Positions 31,981 to 42,710 are shown, counted from the stretch's first letter. The stretch: 64,000 bases of DNA from an uncultured Bacteroidia bacterium (GCA_943846675.1 OX044357.1:1991073-2055072), one strand, 5' to 3'. Notes: generated from the letters alone by a model not told the origin. Numbers and translations are program-made.

Positions 31981-32343
31981 TTAATCCATTTTATTCTTTG
32001 CTGTCTTTAGTGCAGCTAAGAACATGGCAGAAAGGGTATCGCATTCTTTTATCAAAGGTGAGATAATTTCTGGTTTATTTAGGATTCCATCATCGTTTAT
32101 AAGTTGTAACCAAAAACCGCATCCGTTACAGCTATCCACTGCTTTACTTAATCGTTCAACAAATACTTCACCTAGTTGACCTACCATCAATCCACGTGTT
32201 TTTACACCCAAATCAGATGCGTGGCGCACCAATTCTACACGTGCAAAAGCAGACATTTGGTGGTCATGTGGTAACACCATTGCTACTTTTAAACACGCCT
32301 TCGCTAGCGTATTGGTTTTGTTATAAATTGCTTGTGGATCCAT
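31981..32343 (-). CDS. Divergent four-helix-bundle (23S rRNA IVP-like) protein
   Basis: ELVRHAS.LG...F...L..A......FWLQL...L.KE...L..MF...LKT pattern. Confidence 0.6.
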   Translation of the reverse strand: MDPQAIYNKTNTLAKACLKVAMVLPHDHQMSAFARVELVRHASDLGVKTRGLMVGQLGEVFVERLSKAVDSCNGCGFWLQLINDDGILNKPEIISPLIKECDTLSAMFLAALKTAKNKMD

Positions 32344-32344
32344 A

Positions 32345-33463
32345 TTACAACCGTGTTGTTACTTTTTTAACCATTTCATTTTTCCAAGTAGCAAAATCCC
32401 CCTCTAAGATATGTTTTCTTGCTTCTCTAACCAGCCACAAATAAAAAGACAAATTATGTGTACTTGCTATTTGTCCAGCCAAATACTCCTTACTTATCGT
32501 TAAGTGACGTAAGTATGCTTTCGAATAATTGGGCGTTAGTTCCGCATCAATTGGTGATAAATCATCGGCCCAGCGCTTATTCTTAATATTTATGATACCC
32601 TCTTTGGTAAACAATTGACCGTTTCGCGCATTGCGTGTCGGCATAACACAATCAAACATGTCAATACCCAAGCTAATACATTCTAATATGTTGGCCGGGG
32701 TGCCAACACCCATTAAGTAGCGTGGTTTGTCTTTGGGTAAAATACCGCAAACCAAATCGGTCATTGCATACATGTCTTCATGCGGCTCTCCGACACTTAA
32801 TCCTCCTATGGCATAACCGACGGCAGTTTTACTGGCGATATATTCTGCGCTTTGCTTACGCAATTCCGGATAAACACTGCCTTGAACAATTGGAAAAAGA
32901 CTCTGTTCATTTCCATACTTAGGCTCCGTTTTGTCCATTTGATCAAAACACCTGTCCAACCATCGATGCGTCATGCGCATTGAATTTGCTGCGTAATCAT
33001 ATTTGCATGGATATGGCGTGCATTCATCAAAAGCCATGATGATGTCTGCGCCTATACTCCGTTGCGTATCAATTACATTTTCTGGCGTAAACAAATGCTT
33101 TGACCCATCAATATGACTTTTAAAAACAACACCTTCTTCTTTGATCTTACGTTGATCAGAGATACTGTACACTTGGTACCCGCCACTATCGGTTAAGATG
33201 TTTCGGCCCCAATTCATGAATCCATGGAGACCGCCTGCTTTTTCAAGCAATTCAATTCCAGGACGTAAAAAAAGATGATACGTATTGCCCAAAATTATTG
33301 GCGCATCAATCTGCTCTTTAAGTAACTCTTGACTTACCGTTTTAACGGTACCTTGAGTACCAACTGGCATAAAGATTGGTGTTTCTATATCACCATGTGG
33401 GGCTTTTAATATTCCGGCCCTAGCGCCAGAAGCGCCATCCTTTTGAACGAGATTAAAATCCAT
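32345..33463 (-). CDS. tgt: tRNA-guanine transglycosylase
   Basis: TPIFMPVGT, NTYHL, TDSGGYQ, GGLSVGE, DMFDCVMPTRNARNG. Confidence 0.97.
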   Translation of the reverse strand: MDFNLVQKDGASGARAGILKAPHGDIETPIFMPVGTQGTVKTVSQELLKEQIDAPIILGNTYHLFLRPGIELLEKAGGLHGFMNWGRNILTDSGGYQVYSISDQRKIKEEGVVFKSHIDGSKHLFTPENVIDTQRSIGADIIMAFDECTPYPCKYDYAANSMRMTHRWLDRCFDQMDKTEPKYGNEQSLFPIVQGSVYPELRKQSAEYIASKTAVGYAIGGLSVGEPHEDMYAMTDLVCGILPKDKPRYLMGVGTPANILECISLGIDMFDCVMPTRNARNGQLFTKEGIINIKNKRWADDLSPIDAELTPNYSKAYLRHLTISKEYLAGQIASTHNLSFYLWLVREARKHILEGDFATWKNEMVKKVTTRL

Positions 33464-33469
33464 GTAGCA

Positions 33470-34177
33470 CTATCCTTCGAAATGAAGGAAAAACTGAATT
33501 AATTTAGGTGACATCCTTGACAAAGAGGACGAGTAAATAAAAGAATCTGGAACCATTGAATTGCCTATTCCATTACTGATTCTTATTTCTGGTGAAAACT
33601 TAAAGAATTCATAGTATAAATCCAGACCAGCACCAAAGTCATAACTGAATGTTGCCGGATATAAGGCGACAATTGGCTTCGTGTTGCTTCTTTCGGTATC
33701 AATATCTGATGCAAAGTCGTAGCGATACGTTGCGCCACCAACCCAATAGAAACGTTTGTTGTGGTTTCTTTTTGACTTATACTTCATTTGGAGTGGTATT
33801 TCCATGTAAGTCGAATTGACTTTAGCTGTTTGGATATCACCACCTCTAAAATTGTATTGTAAGTGACGTTCGACAAACTGAATATTGACCATGGTTCTAA
33901 AGTCCCAATACTCAGCGACTTTTAAGTTCATTATACCACCTACACCAAAACCTGGAAAACTATTGGTATTAATTGTTTGTATGGTATCGTTGTCCATAAA
34001 ATCACTTGCCGTATTGTACTTTAGCTTTCCATAATTACCAATTATCGAAAATCCAAAGTGAATACGATGCAGATCGTATGTCGGATTGATTTCTTGCCCT
34101 TTAACCAAAGGACTAATCACTAATAATAATGCCAACATCAACCACTTGGCCACCATATTTCTATTTTGTTCCTTCAT
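33470..34177 (-). CDS. porT: T9SS protein PorT/SprT
   Basis: YD...IHFGF, STYMEIPLQMKY, G.G.D.Y..FFKFSPEIR, terminal FEG; typical position after ubiE. Confidence 0.85.
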   Translation of the reverse strand: MKEQNRNMVAKWLMLALLLVISPLVKGQEINPTYDLHRIHFGFSIIGNYGKLKYNTASDFMDNDTIQTINTNSFPGFGVGGIMNLKVAEYWDFRTMVNIQFVERHLQYNFRGGDIQTAKVNSTYMEIPLQMKYKSKRNHNKRFYWVGGATYRYDFASDIDTERSNTKPIVALYPATFSYDFGAGLDLYYEFFKFSPEIRISNGIGNSMVPDSFIYSSSLSRMSPKLIQFFLHFEG

Positions 34178-34892
34178 AAACTGATGTTATCCCAAAAGTC
34201 AAACGACTAAAACTTGTGTTCTGGTACCCACATTTTGATAAAATATCAATAAAGTGTTGACCTTCAGGAAAATGCTTAACTGATTCGGGAAGATACACAT
34301 ACGCTTCCTGGCTTCCAGAAAATATTTTACCCCATAAAGGAAGTATGTATTTAGAATAGAACGTGAAGACTTGTTTAATAGGAAAGACCGACGGTTTAGA
34401 AAATTCTAATACGGCTAACTTTCCTCCAGGTCGCAAGACACGCTTCATTTCGTTAAGTCCTTTCTCTAGGTTTTCATAGTTACGCACACCAAAACCCACT
34501 GTAATGGCATCAAACGTATTGTCCTCAAACGGCAGATTTTCGCTATCGCCTTGCATCAAGGAAATCTTTTCGTACCCCTTTTTGTCGAGTTTGGTTTGAC
34601 CTACACTAAGCATATTTGCCGAAAGGTCTATACCCACAACCTCATCTGGATTTAGTTTTAACGCAGCAATAGCCAGGTCGGCAGTCCCTGTTGCAACATC
34701 CAAAATCTTTTTCGGCTGAATGTCTTTCAACCGTGCGATGGTCTTTCTTCGCCACATATGGTCTATGCCCAATGACAAGAAATGATTAAGAAAATCATAC
34801 TTGTGCGATATGCTATCGAACATTTTTTCGACCTGTTCTCTTTTAGAACCTTCTGCGCTGTAAGGTTTAACCTCTGTTTTTGTAGACTCCAA
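34161..34892 (-). CDS. ubiE: Demethylmenaquinone methyltransferase (UbiE/MenG)
   Basis: MFDSI...YDFLNHFLSLG.D..WR, LDVATGTAD, FGVRN, Y.YLPESV. Confidence 0.95.
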   Translation of the reverse strand: MESTKTEVKPYSAEGSKREQVEKMFDSISHKYDFLNHFLSLGIDHMWRRKTIARLKDIQPKKILDVATGTADLAIAALKLNPDEVVGIDLSANMLSVGQTKLDKKGYEKISLMQGDSENLPFEDNTFDAITVGFGVRNYENLEKGLNEMKRVLRPGGKLAVLEFSKPSVFPIKQVFTFYSKYILPLWGKIFSGSQEAYVYLPESVKHFPEGQHFIDILSKCGYQNTSFSRLTFGITSVYEGTK

Positions 34893-34936
34893 TTGCTATA
34901 GTCTTTATGAAAAAATTAAGTTTGCAAATATCCATC

Positions 34937-35530
34937 ATGACAATCAAATCAGCAAAGTTTATCAAATCTTACGCAACCATCGAAAAGATGGAAACATCCG
35001 ACAAGCCTGAATTTGCCTTTATTGGTCGTTCCAATGTTGGAAAGTCGAGTTTAATTAACATGCTAGCCAATCAAAAAAGTTTGGCAAAAACAAGCAGCAA
35101 GCCAGGTAAAACTCAATTAATAAACGAATTTGACATCAATAATGTTTGGACATTGATTGACTTACCTGGGTATGGTTTTGCGAAAGTGAACGACAGAAAA
35201 AAAGCACGGTTTAGCGCCATGATTATGGACTACCTAGAAAACAGAAAAAACCTTTATTCTGCTTTTGTACTGGTTGATGCCCGACTTAAACCCCAAAGAA
35301 TAGATCTCGAATTTGTTGAATGGTGTGGCATCAAAGAAGTTCCCTTTCAAATTATCTTTACCAAAACGGATAAAATCAAAAAAACACAATTGGCAGAAAA
35401 CGTTGGATTGTTTGAAGCAGCGATGTACAAACAAGGATGGGAGGAGTTACCAAATCGATTTATTACAAGCAGCAAAAATGGAGCAGGGAAAGATGAGGTG
35501 CTTAACTTTATTGAAAGCCTGGTTAAATAG
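34937..35530 (+). CDS. yihA: Ribosome biogenesis GTPase YihA/EngB
   Basis: GRSNVGKSS, PGKTQ, DLPGYG, TKTDK; TAAGTTTG box at 34917 supports start at 34937. Confidence 0.95.
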   Translation: MTIKSAKFIKSYATIEKMETSDKPEFAFIGRSNVGKSSLINMLANQKSLAKTSSKPGKTQLINEFDINNVWTLIDLPGYGFAKVNDRKKARFSAMIMDYLENRKNLYSAFVLVDARLKPQRIDLEFVEWCGIKEVPFQIIFTKTDKIKKTQLAENVGLFEAAMYKQGWEELPNRFITSSKNGAGKDEVLNFIESLVK

Positions 35531-35566
35531 CTGAGAATTGATAGTAGAGAATTGATAGTTGAGAAT
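35527..35566. repeat. 7-mer array (AGAATTG/ATAGYTG), reverse complement of the arrays at 1726 and 9207
   Basis: atagctgagaattgatagtagagaattgatagttgagaat, overlapping the yihA stop. Confidence 0.8.
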
Positions 35567-35616
35567 GTTGGATTATCCTTATCACTGAAAAGAACTGAAA
35601 CTAATAATAACCTACA

Positions 35617-36273
35617 ATGTCAGAAGAAATACTGGATAGTGATGAAATAAAAGCCGCCAAAAATCGACCATGGAATTGGCTACGTGCATTAGAAATAATT
35701 GGATTCGTATTGCTCGGAATTGGTGTAGGTTTCAAATACATGCACTATGCCGGTGCTGACATCATCACCTTATTCGCTGTACTGGTTCTGGTTATCGTTT
35801 ACCTTGCATTGTTTGCCCCTTTAATAAGTGCACAGAGGTCTAATAAAACAATACTCGGATTTTCAATATTTGCTGGGTTGACATTAGCGACTACCTTAAT
35901 TGGCATATTATATAAGTTTTTCCTTTGGTCAGGTGCCGACAACATTGTGATCACAGGATATATATCCGTCTTATTTGGATTGATTTTTATCTGGATTAAA
36001 ATGAAGGTAGAAAACCAAGAGTTAAAATCAAGTAAGGCGATTTATAGACTTTTGGGGTTCGGCCTTATAGCCATTGCCTTGTTCCATGTGAATGCGCGTA
36101 AACTATTTGATTTCAACCACAACTACCGTGCGAGTGAAAATCTTTTAGATGCTTTTGAAGACACCTATACTTATCCAGATAATGCAGCCATGCATGATCG
36201 GTACATGGAATTGCGCAAACAGCACTTCGATTCAATTAATGCTATTGATTGGCCTGAGACCCCAATTGACTAG
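35617..36273 (+). CDS. Membrane protein with two GldL-N-like repeats
   Basis: IGVGFKYMHYAGAD and IGILYKFFLWSGAD resemble the GldL G.LFK..HW.GA motif. Confidence 0.6.
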   Translation: MSEEILDSDEIKAAKNRPWNWLRALEIIGFVLLGIGVGFKYMHYAGADIITLFAVLVLVIVYLALFAPLISAQRSNKTILGFSIFAGLTLATTLIGILYKFFLWSGADNIVITGYISVLFGLIFIWIKMKVENQELKSSKAIYRLLGFGLIAIALFHVNARKLFDFNHNYRASENLLDAFEDTYTYPDNAAMHDRYMELRKQHFDSINAIDWPETPID

Positions 36274-36337
36274 ACTATAATTATGTTCAAAACACGTTAA
36301 CAACGGCGAATAAATAATCGAGACTTTTGTTTTACCA

Positions 36338-37453
36338 ATGAACGTAGACTTCTCTTTTATTCTTTTCATTGCATTCGCAGCTGCGGCATGTATTCAATTG
36401 TGCTACTATTGGGGCATTTTTAGTCGGACCTTGGCTAAGGTTAAAGCACCAACTGGTGCCGTTCAACCTGCATCAGTGATTATTTGCGCACGAAACAACA
36501 GACGTTTTCTTGAAGAAAACTTGCCCGCTGTTTTAAGTCAAGATCATCCAGATTTTGAAGTGATTGTTGTCAACGACGGGAGTACAGATGGAACTATTGA
36601 CTTCTTAGACAACCTTGAACGTGAACAGGACAGATTAAAGGTGTTACACCTGGACATAGATGAACGATTTCATAGGGGAAAGAAGTTTGCGCAGACCATT
36701 GGTATAAAAGCGGCAAAACACGACATACTGGTGTTCACAGATGCGGATTGTAAACCCGCAAGCGACCAATGGTTAAAATTGATGTCTCAATCGATGTCAA
36801 AAGATACGTCCATCGTTTTAGGCGTAGGAAACTATCAAAGAAAAGTGTCGTTAACCAATTGGATTGTCCAGCTAGAAACCTTTCATAGCCTTTTACTATT
36901 CATTAACTTTTCTTTGGCTAAAAAGACCTACATGGGAGTAGGAAGAAATCTATCCTACAGAAGGGAATTGTTCTTCTCTGTTAAAGGGTTTGCCAGTCAT
37001 CAACACTTACTTTCGGGCGACGACGACTTGTTTGTTAACGAAACCGCGACGAAGTCTAATACCAGCGTTTGTATTGTGCCAGAAGCCCATACGATTTCTG
37101 AGCCAAAGCTAAAACTAGGACAATGGATGACACAAAAAAAACGTCATTACAGTACTGGTAAAATGTACAAATTCAAACACCGATTTGCTCTAGGACTTTA
37201 TGCCTTCAGTTTGCTGTTTTATTATGGGTTAGGCGTTCTTGCCATACTAGACCAATCGTTTTTGATTCCAGTATTAAGCATTGTTGGATTTCGATTTATT
37301 ACACAAGCCATAATTTTATTCCGTAATATGAAAGTGTTTGGGTACCTAAAATACTATTGGGTATTCCCTTTTCTAGATATTGGCATTTTGTTGATACATA
37401 TTTTTGTTGGAGTTAGGGGTTATTTTTCAAAACCATTACGTTGGAATTACTAA
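36338..37453 (+). CDS. Family 2 glycosyltransferase, membrane-bound
   Basis: SVIICARN, VNDGSTD, FTDADC, GDDD, QKKRH. Confidence 0.9.
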   Translation: MNVDFSFILFIAFAAAACIQLCYYWGIFSRTLAKVKAPTGAVQPASVIICARNNRRFLEENLPAVLSQDHPDFEVIVVNDGSTDGTIDFLDNLEREQDRLKVLHLDIDERFHRGKKFAQTIGIKAAKHDILVFTDADCKPASDQWLKLMSQSMSKDTSIVLGVGNYQRKVSLTNWIVQLETFHSLLLFINFSLAKKTYMGVGRNLSYRRELFFSVKGFASHQHLLSGDDDLFVNETATKSNTSVCIVPEAHTISEPKLKLGQWMTQKKRHYSTGKMYKFKHRFALGLYAFSLLFYYGLGVLAILDQSFLIPVLSIVGFRFITQAIILFRNMKVFGYLKYYWVFPFLDIGILLIHIFVGVRGYFSKPLRWNY

Positions 37454-38067
37454 AGCAATATTTCCCAAATCTATCAGATACCCAGCTTAAACAGTTTGGG
37501 ATGTTGGAAGAGCAATATCAGGACTGGAACGCTCAAATAAACGTTATATCAAGGAAGGATATAGATCAATTTGTCACACGACATCTATTACACTCGTTGT
37601 CCATTGGACTTTTCACAACCTTCAAGCCTGGCGGCAAGGTACTAGACGTTGGCACAGGTGGAGGCTTTCCGGGTGTACCACTGGCCATTCTATTTCCAGA
37701 AGTTCAGTTTCATTTGGTCGATAGCATCGGTAAGAAAATTAAGGTGGTTAAAGCTGTGGCAGAAGCCATCGGACTGACCAATCTCACGTGTGAACATATA
37801 CGGGCAGAAGAAGTTAAGGGCCAATTCGATTATGTCGTTTCTCGAGCAGTAACTAGGCTAGAACCTTTTTATCAATGGGTTGAAAAAAAGATTGACTTCA
37901 GTATGTTCACCAATTCTGGTTTGTATGCACTTAAAGGCGGAGACCTTAAACAAGAAATTCAGAATTTCAAAGACGTGTTTAAACAGGCACATGTTGACAC
38001 TTATGACCTCGCCGACAAACTAGAAGGCGAATTCTTCGAGACAAAAAAAATCGTGTTTGTTAATTGA
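37441..38067 (+). CDS. rsmG: 16S rRNA m7G527 methyltransferase
   Basis: WN..IN.IS, HLLHSL, LDVGTGGGFPG.PLAI, SRAV, LKGG. Confidence 0.95.
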   Translation: MELLKQYFPNLSDTQLKQFGMLEEQYQDWNAQINVISRKDIDQFVTRHLLHSLSIGLFTTFKPGGKVLDVGTGGGFPGVPLAILFPEVQFHLVDSIGKKIKVVKAVAEAIGLTNLTCEHIRAEEVKGQFDYVVSRAVTRLEPFYQWVEKKIDFSMFTNSGLYALKGGDLKQEIQNFKDVFKQAHVDTYDLADKLEGEFFETKKIVFVN

Positions 38068-38479
38068 TTTCGATCGAACGTACTCCACTTTTATAAGGGA
38101 GGTTTAACACCGTTGGCCGGTCTAACTTGCTGACATCAAAGCATATATCAAACTCAAAGAACGCTTGACAGGCTTGCTCATCAAAAACGAGTTTAGCGTT
38201 TTGTTGTGGTGGCATTGATTTCGACTTTGCCTCGTCAATCACGAGTCTGAACCTCCTCTGAAAATTACACCCACTTAGCCCTAAAGACACTGTTAAAGCG
38301 TTTCCAACGAGTTTATAATCGCTGACTGTACAAACAGAGTTTGGCAAGTCTGAATAACGCGTAGATTTCAGAATCTCGGCACTGGGACAGTCAAATTCAA
38401 TGGAAACATCATCATCGGTTTTCACCCTACACGACTGCAGAGAAGAAAAAACCATGATAATCAGTAACACGTGTTTCAT
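38060..38479 (-). CDS. Hypothetical lipoprotein
   Basis: Lipobox LQSC; SGC and SMPPQ motifs. Confidence 0.65.
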   Translation of the reverse strand: MKHVLLIIMVFSSLQSCRVKTDDDVSIEFDCPSAEILKSTRYSDLPNSVCTVSDYKLVGNALTVSLGLSGCNFQRRFRLVIDEAKSKSMPPQQNAKLVFDEQACQAFFEFDICFDVSKLDRPTVLNLPYKSGVRSIEIN

Positions 38480-41400
38480 TACCTCATTAACTGAACCGTT
38501 CCTGCTTTTTGATATTGCTCTCCCCCACTATCCGAGTACTTGACAATATACATGTATATCCCGGATTGGGAGTCACGTTGTTTATAGGTTCCATCCCAGC
38601 CTTCTGCTTGATTATCTGTAACAAAGATTTGTTCTCCCCAGCGATTAAAAATACTTAAGTGGTAGTCTTTTACCGCTACAGTGACTGGATGAAATGTCTC
38701 ATTTAACCCATCTCTATTTGGACTAAACGCCGTAGGAACGTATACATTGGGACTAAAGAAGAAACATACCTCGTTACTCCAAGAGGTTTTATTCTGACCG
38801 TTTAATTCCGTTGCTTTCACTCTGAAGCACTGTCTATAGTCTTGACTTGACCCTGGGACCATAATCTGCTCTCCGAGTTGAACGCGTCTAAACAAATTCA
38901 GACTTCGGTCCTCATTTATGCTTCGGTATAAGTCGTAATAATCAACTCCATTTTCCCATCCAAAATATTCAGTAAAGTCCAAATTCAACGAAAAATCGTT
39001 TGGGTCTTGCTCACCTTTTAGCAATACGCTTCTATGGACTTCGGAATACAAGATGTTACCGCATAAATCGGTGGTTTTTATTCGAATTTCGAATGGATAC
39101 TCATCTGTATTCAGATTGTTCTCGGTAAAGTTTGTATAAAATTCTTGACCCACTGGGTTCCATATGACGTCGACACCAAATGTGCGTCTTTCTACTTCGA
39201 ACGGTCCGGAGGTTAAGTCATCATTTAACAACCGCCATTCACTATGGATTCTATCATCAGGGAAACCAACTGATACTCTATCAAGGTCTAACTCAATGTT
39301 GTTGATATACACAGGTAAGTTCAAGGTATCTCCGATACATCCAAATTCCGATATTTCAACCACAGACACAGCGCCATAACCTGAGTTATTCCAATCTACC
39401 AAAATGGTATTTCCATTACTAGGCGCAAAGGTTCCGTTGATTACTTCCCAGTTATACGTTGAATTGGGATAGCCAGATACGGTATAAGGACTTTGATTGA
39501 CATCAGGAAAACAATGTATAAACTTCCCTTGAATTGAATCGGCTATTGGTTTTGGATGTACAATAACTACGGTATCGATGGTTTGACCAGGACAAGAATC
39601 TTTAGACATCTCTGTTACAGACATAGTAAAGGAGCCGGCATTTGGCCACGTTACTTGTATTTGGTTGGTGCCTTGCCCTTTAATGGCATTTGTATTGCCG
39701 TTTACTTCCCATAAATAGGTAGAGCCTGTAAACCCGTTCACGGTATAGGTTCGTTCTAAATCACCTTGACAAAAGTCAAATTCACCTTCAATCTGGTCTG
39801 CTGTAGGTATAGGATTGATTACAATATCAATAGACAGCACCGGGCTTAAACATGCACGGTTGTTCACTGCGTCAAATGCCGTTTGTTGAACGGCGACATT
39901 GCCTAATCCTGTAGCTCCCCAGTCTACGCTAATAATATCTGAAGAATCACCAGAAACCTGACTACCGCCAGTAATAAACCAATTGTAACTTGAACCATTG
40001 GAGGCCACAACACTGTACAACACATTTGCATCAAACTCGCATACTGTTGTATCTCCAGTTGGTTTGTAACCCGTAAGTGTATACGTTTTCTCAACAGGTA
40101 TGGCAATTGGATCGCTAACACAGCCCCATTTGTCCGTTTCTGTAATTGTAATTGACCCAAATCCTGGATCACCCCAATTCACAGCAATATTTGCAGAATT
40201 TCCTCCGCTTATTTGACTTCCGCCATTAACCGACCAATTATATATAGATCCTGAAGCACCCAATGCCATGTAGGCAATATTTTGAGCATTTGGACAAACC
40301 GACATTGGACCGTCTAACCCTGGAACCGGCTTTCGCACATTCACAAAAAACCGTCCGGTATCACTTCTACAGCCCTCCGTATTCGTTTCAATTATCGCCA
40401 ATTCAAAATCGCCAATTTGATTCCACGTATAGGTTGTTGTATTACCCGTCCCTCCACTTATCGAACCATCTGGCATTAACCATCTGTATGTTGATCCTGC
40501 TGTTGGTGGTGTTGAGTAGGCTACATTTAAATCCCCTAAACAAACCGTATCCTTACCAGATATGATTGGCGTTTGTGGTGACGGAATGAGTTCAACAACA
40601 TAATCTACTGTATCGCCGGCACAACCATACTGACTAATTTCAGCCATTCTAATCGTTGCATTTCCGCTCCCATTGAAAGTAACAGTCACATTTTCGATTG
40701 TGGAGTCACCGATGATGGTACCGTTGTCGACAGTCCACCAAAAAGTGCTGTTTGGCTTTGGGTCAACTGCATCAAAAATATATTCGTAACTACTTGTTGC
40801 ACAGACCTTTTGAGGACCAAAAATTTCATCTGACCCTACAAATTTGTTAACCTTAATTTCAATATTGTAATTGTCGTATTTAGGTGGGCAGCCGTCGTCT
40901 TGGGCAGAAATTGTTACCACATACGGCTTATCTCTTGCTTGATCACAAGATGGAGTCCAACAAAATTCTGTTTCAACAGAACCTAAGGCCTTACGCGTGA
41001 GCATTGTGGCTAACGGAGCAGACACCCCATTTTCTCCAGTTAAAATATCGCCACTACCATAAACGGTGACGGATTGCGTTGGGTTTACGTCTGGGTCTTG
41101 CCCGCGGACATCAAAACAGAGTCGTTCCCCAGCTTCGATTTCAAAATATTTACCGCCATCGTTGGAGGCTACTGGTTTTTTATTTGGAGGACAGTCTAGG
41201 ACCAATATCTGCATATCCAACCGGACTCGACTAAAGAGTACGCCATTTCTATATTCTTCGACCTCAATGGCAATGACAAAGCTTCCTATTTCGCGAGATA
41301 ACAAAGTCGTTAACCCACTCGCTAAATCAACGGTGGCTATTCCTCCAGCGCCAAAGGGCCGATTGTTGTGGTATCCAACGCGGTATTCCACTTCTTCAAT

Positions 41401-42117
41401 TGGCAAGCTTAATTGAGATGGTGGTGTTGGTTTAGACGAATTTTGTCCGATATCCCCTCCTTGAAAAGGTCTAACCATTCTATACACCAATGAATCTCCA
41501 TCAGGATCAATTGCTCTATTTAGAAACGTATTGGTGTCGTTGTTACACATGTAAGGACTTGGAACACCACTAAAAAAAGGACTACTGTTTTCTAACGCAG
41601 GATTTGGTATAAAACAATAATACGTTTGACCTTGATCAGGTTCACCACCAGTTCCTAGCGTCAAATTGTTCTGTATGTTCCGACAACAGCGAACAAAGTA
41701 TACGTGATACCCTTGGGCATAAGGTTCTAAGGTAATTACGCGCTCGTAATAACCCATTTGAATTTTCTTGTCGGAATAATAATCACATTCCTCGCTACCA
41801 GGTGGTTTAACCAATTGACGTGTTAGGATGCGCGCTTTAACCAATTGATTGCGATCACGATTGGTATTGTTTAAGTAGATACCAATCTCTATTTCGTCAT
41901 CGAAATCAACCGTGCTTTGCTCAACGTCTCTGAACAAGGTCAGAGATAATAAGAATGTTTTGTCGTTGTTGGCTTCAGTCCGAAGAAACTTGTAACTCAT
42001 ATAACCACCAACCAAATGCGTCGCTTTCGTTTGACTCACGCCAAAAACAGAAAGTAGCATGGTCAATAGGGCAATATGTTTAGTTAGGTGTTTCAATAGT
42101 TTAACCAGATAATACAA
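38479..42117 (-). CDS. Large Ig/PKD-like repeat surface protein with T9SS type B (CHU_C) sorting domain
   Basis: ATHLVGG N-terminus, repeated G...VC...Y.W.V.GG...V.W units, C-terminal VPTAFSPNRDGLNETF...IFNRWG...GWDGT...G.V.LMR. Start uncertain. Confidence 0.88.
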   Translation of the reverse strand: MYYLVKLLKHLTKHIALLTMLLSVFGVSQTKATHLVGGYMSYKFLRTEANNDKTFLLSLTLFRDVEQSTVDFDDEIEIGIYLNNTNRDRNQLVKARILTRQLVKPPGSEECDYYSDKKIQMGYYERVITLEPYAQGYHVYFVRCCRNIQNNLTLGTGGEPDQGQTYYCFIPNPALENSSPFFSGVPSPYMCNNDTNTFLNRAIDPDGDSLVYRMVRPFQGGDIGQNSSKPTPPSQLSLPIEEVEYRVGYHNNRPFGAGGIATVDLASGLTTLLSREIGSFVIAIEVEEYRNGVLFSRVRLDMQILVLDCPPNKKPVASNDGGKYFEIEAGERLCFDVRGQDPDVNPTQSVTVYGSGDILTGENGVSAPLATMLTRKALGSVETEFCWTPSCDQARDKPYVVTISAQDDGCPPKYDNYNIEIKVNKFVGSDEIFGPQKVCATSSYEYIFDAVDPKPNSTFWWTVDNGTIIGDSTIENVTVTFNGSGNATIRMAEISQYGCAGDTVDYVVELIPSPQTPIISGKDTVCLGDLNVAYSTPPTAGSTYRWLMPDGSISGGTGNTTTYTWNQIGDFELAIIETNTEGCRSDTGRFFVNVRKPVPGLDGPMSVCPNAQNIAYMALGASGSIYNWSVNGGSQISGGNSANIAVNWGDPGFGSITITETDKWGCVSDPIAIPVEKTYTLTGYKPTGDTTVCEFDANVLYSVVASNGSSYNWFITGGSQVSGDSSDIISVDWGATGLGNVAVQQTAFDAVNNRACLSPVLSIDIVINPIPTADQIEGEFDFCQGDLERTYTVNGFTGSTYLWEVNGNTNAIKGQGTNQIQVTWPNAGSFTMSVTEMSKDSCPGQTIDTVVIVHPKPIADSIQGKFIHCFPDVNQSPYTVSGYPNSTYNWEVINGTFAPSNGNTILVDWNNSGYGAVSVVEISEFGCIGDTLNLPVYINNIELDLDRVSVGFPDDRIHSEWRLLNDDLTSGPFEVERRTFGVDVIWNPVGQEFYTNFTENNLNTDEYPFEIRIKTTDLCGNILYSEVHRSVLLKGEQDPNDFSLNLDFTEYFGWENGVDYYDLYRSINEDRSLNLFRRVQLGEQIMVPGSSQDYRQCFRVKATELNGQNKTSWSNEVCFFFSPNVYVPTAFSPNRDGLNETFHPVTVAVKDYHLSIFNRWGEQIFVTDNQAEGWDGTYKQRDSQSGIYMYIVKYSDSGGEQYQKAGTVQLMR

Positions 42118-42143
42118 AGTACAACAAATTCATCGATTTAATG

Positions 42144-42710
42144 TTATTGCAAATCCCCTTTATCTTGTAAGATAGACGTCAAATCCTGCAGTTTTGTTGT
42201 TTCAAACCGTGTAACTTTTGCATCACTTTTATACGGGTCAGGTGTTATATACACGTTGTGCATGCCTAATGCTTCACCAAACTCCATGTCAGAAATTGAA
42301 TCTCCAACCATAACAGACTTGCTAAAATCAATAGTCGGGAAGTCTTTTTGGGCTTGTAAGCCCATGAAAGGCAATGGTTTACGACAATTTGGCGTTTGGT
42401 CTTTGAGCTTTGGACAATAGTACACCTTGTCTATTCGGCCACCGTGTAGTTTTATTTCGGCGGTCATATTCTCATGAATGTTTCTCAAATCGGCATCAGA
42501 CATCAAACCTTTACCAATGCCTTGCTGGTTCGTCACAACGACAATTGTCCCAAACAAATGGCTACAATGTGCAATGGTTTCTGGTACGTTTTCGAGAAAT
42601 TCAAACTCCTCCCAGCTTTTCACATAATCATCAACCAATCGTTTATTGATTACACCGTCTCGGTCTAAAAATAACGTCCAAGATTTATCTATAACTAGTT
42701 TATTTTCCAA
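42144..42710 (-). CDS. gmhB: D-glycero-D-manno-heptose 1,7-bisphosphate phosphatase
   Basis: FLDRDGVIN, VTNQQG, RKP, MVGDS.SD; likely TTG start at 42710 overlapping the hddC stop. Confidence 0.88.
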   Translation of the reverse strand: MENKLVIDKSWTLFLDRDGVINKRLVDDYVKSWEEFEFLENVPETIAHCSHLFGTIVVVTNQQGIGKGLMSDADLRNIHENMTAEIKLHGGRIDKVYYCPKLKDQTPNCRKPLPFMGLQAQKDFPTIDFSKSVMVGDSISDMEFGEALGMHNVYITPDPYKSDAKVTRFETTKLQDLTSILQDKGDLQ

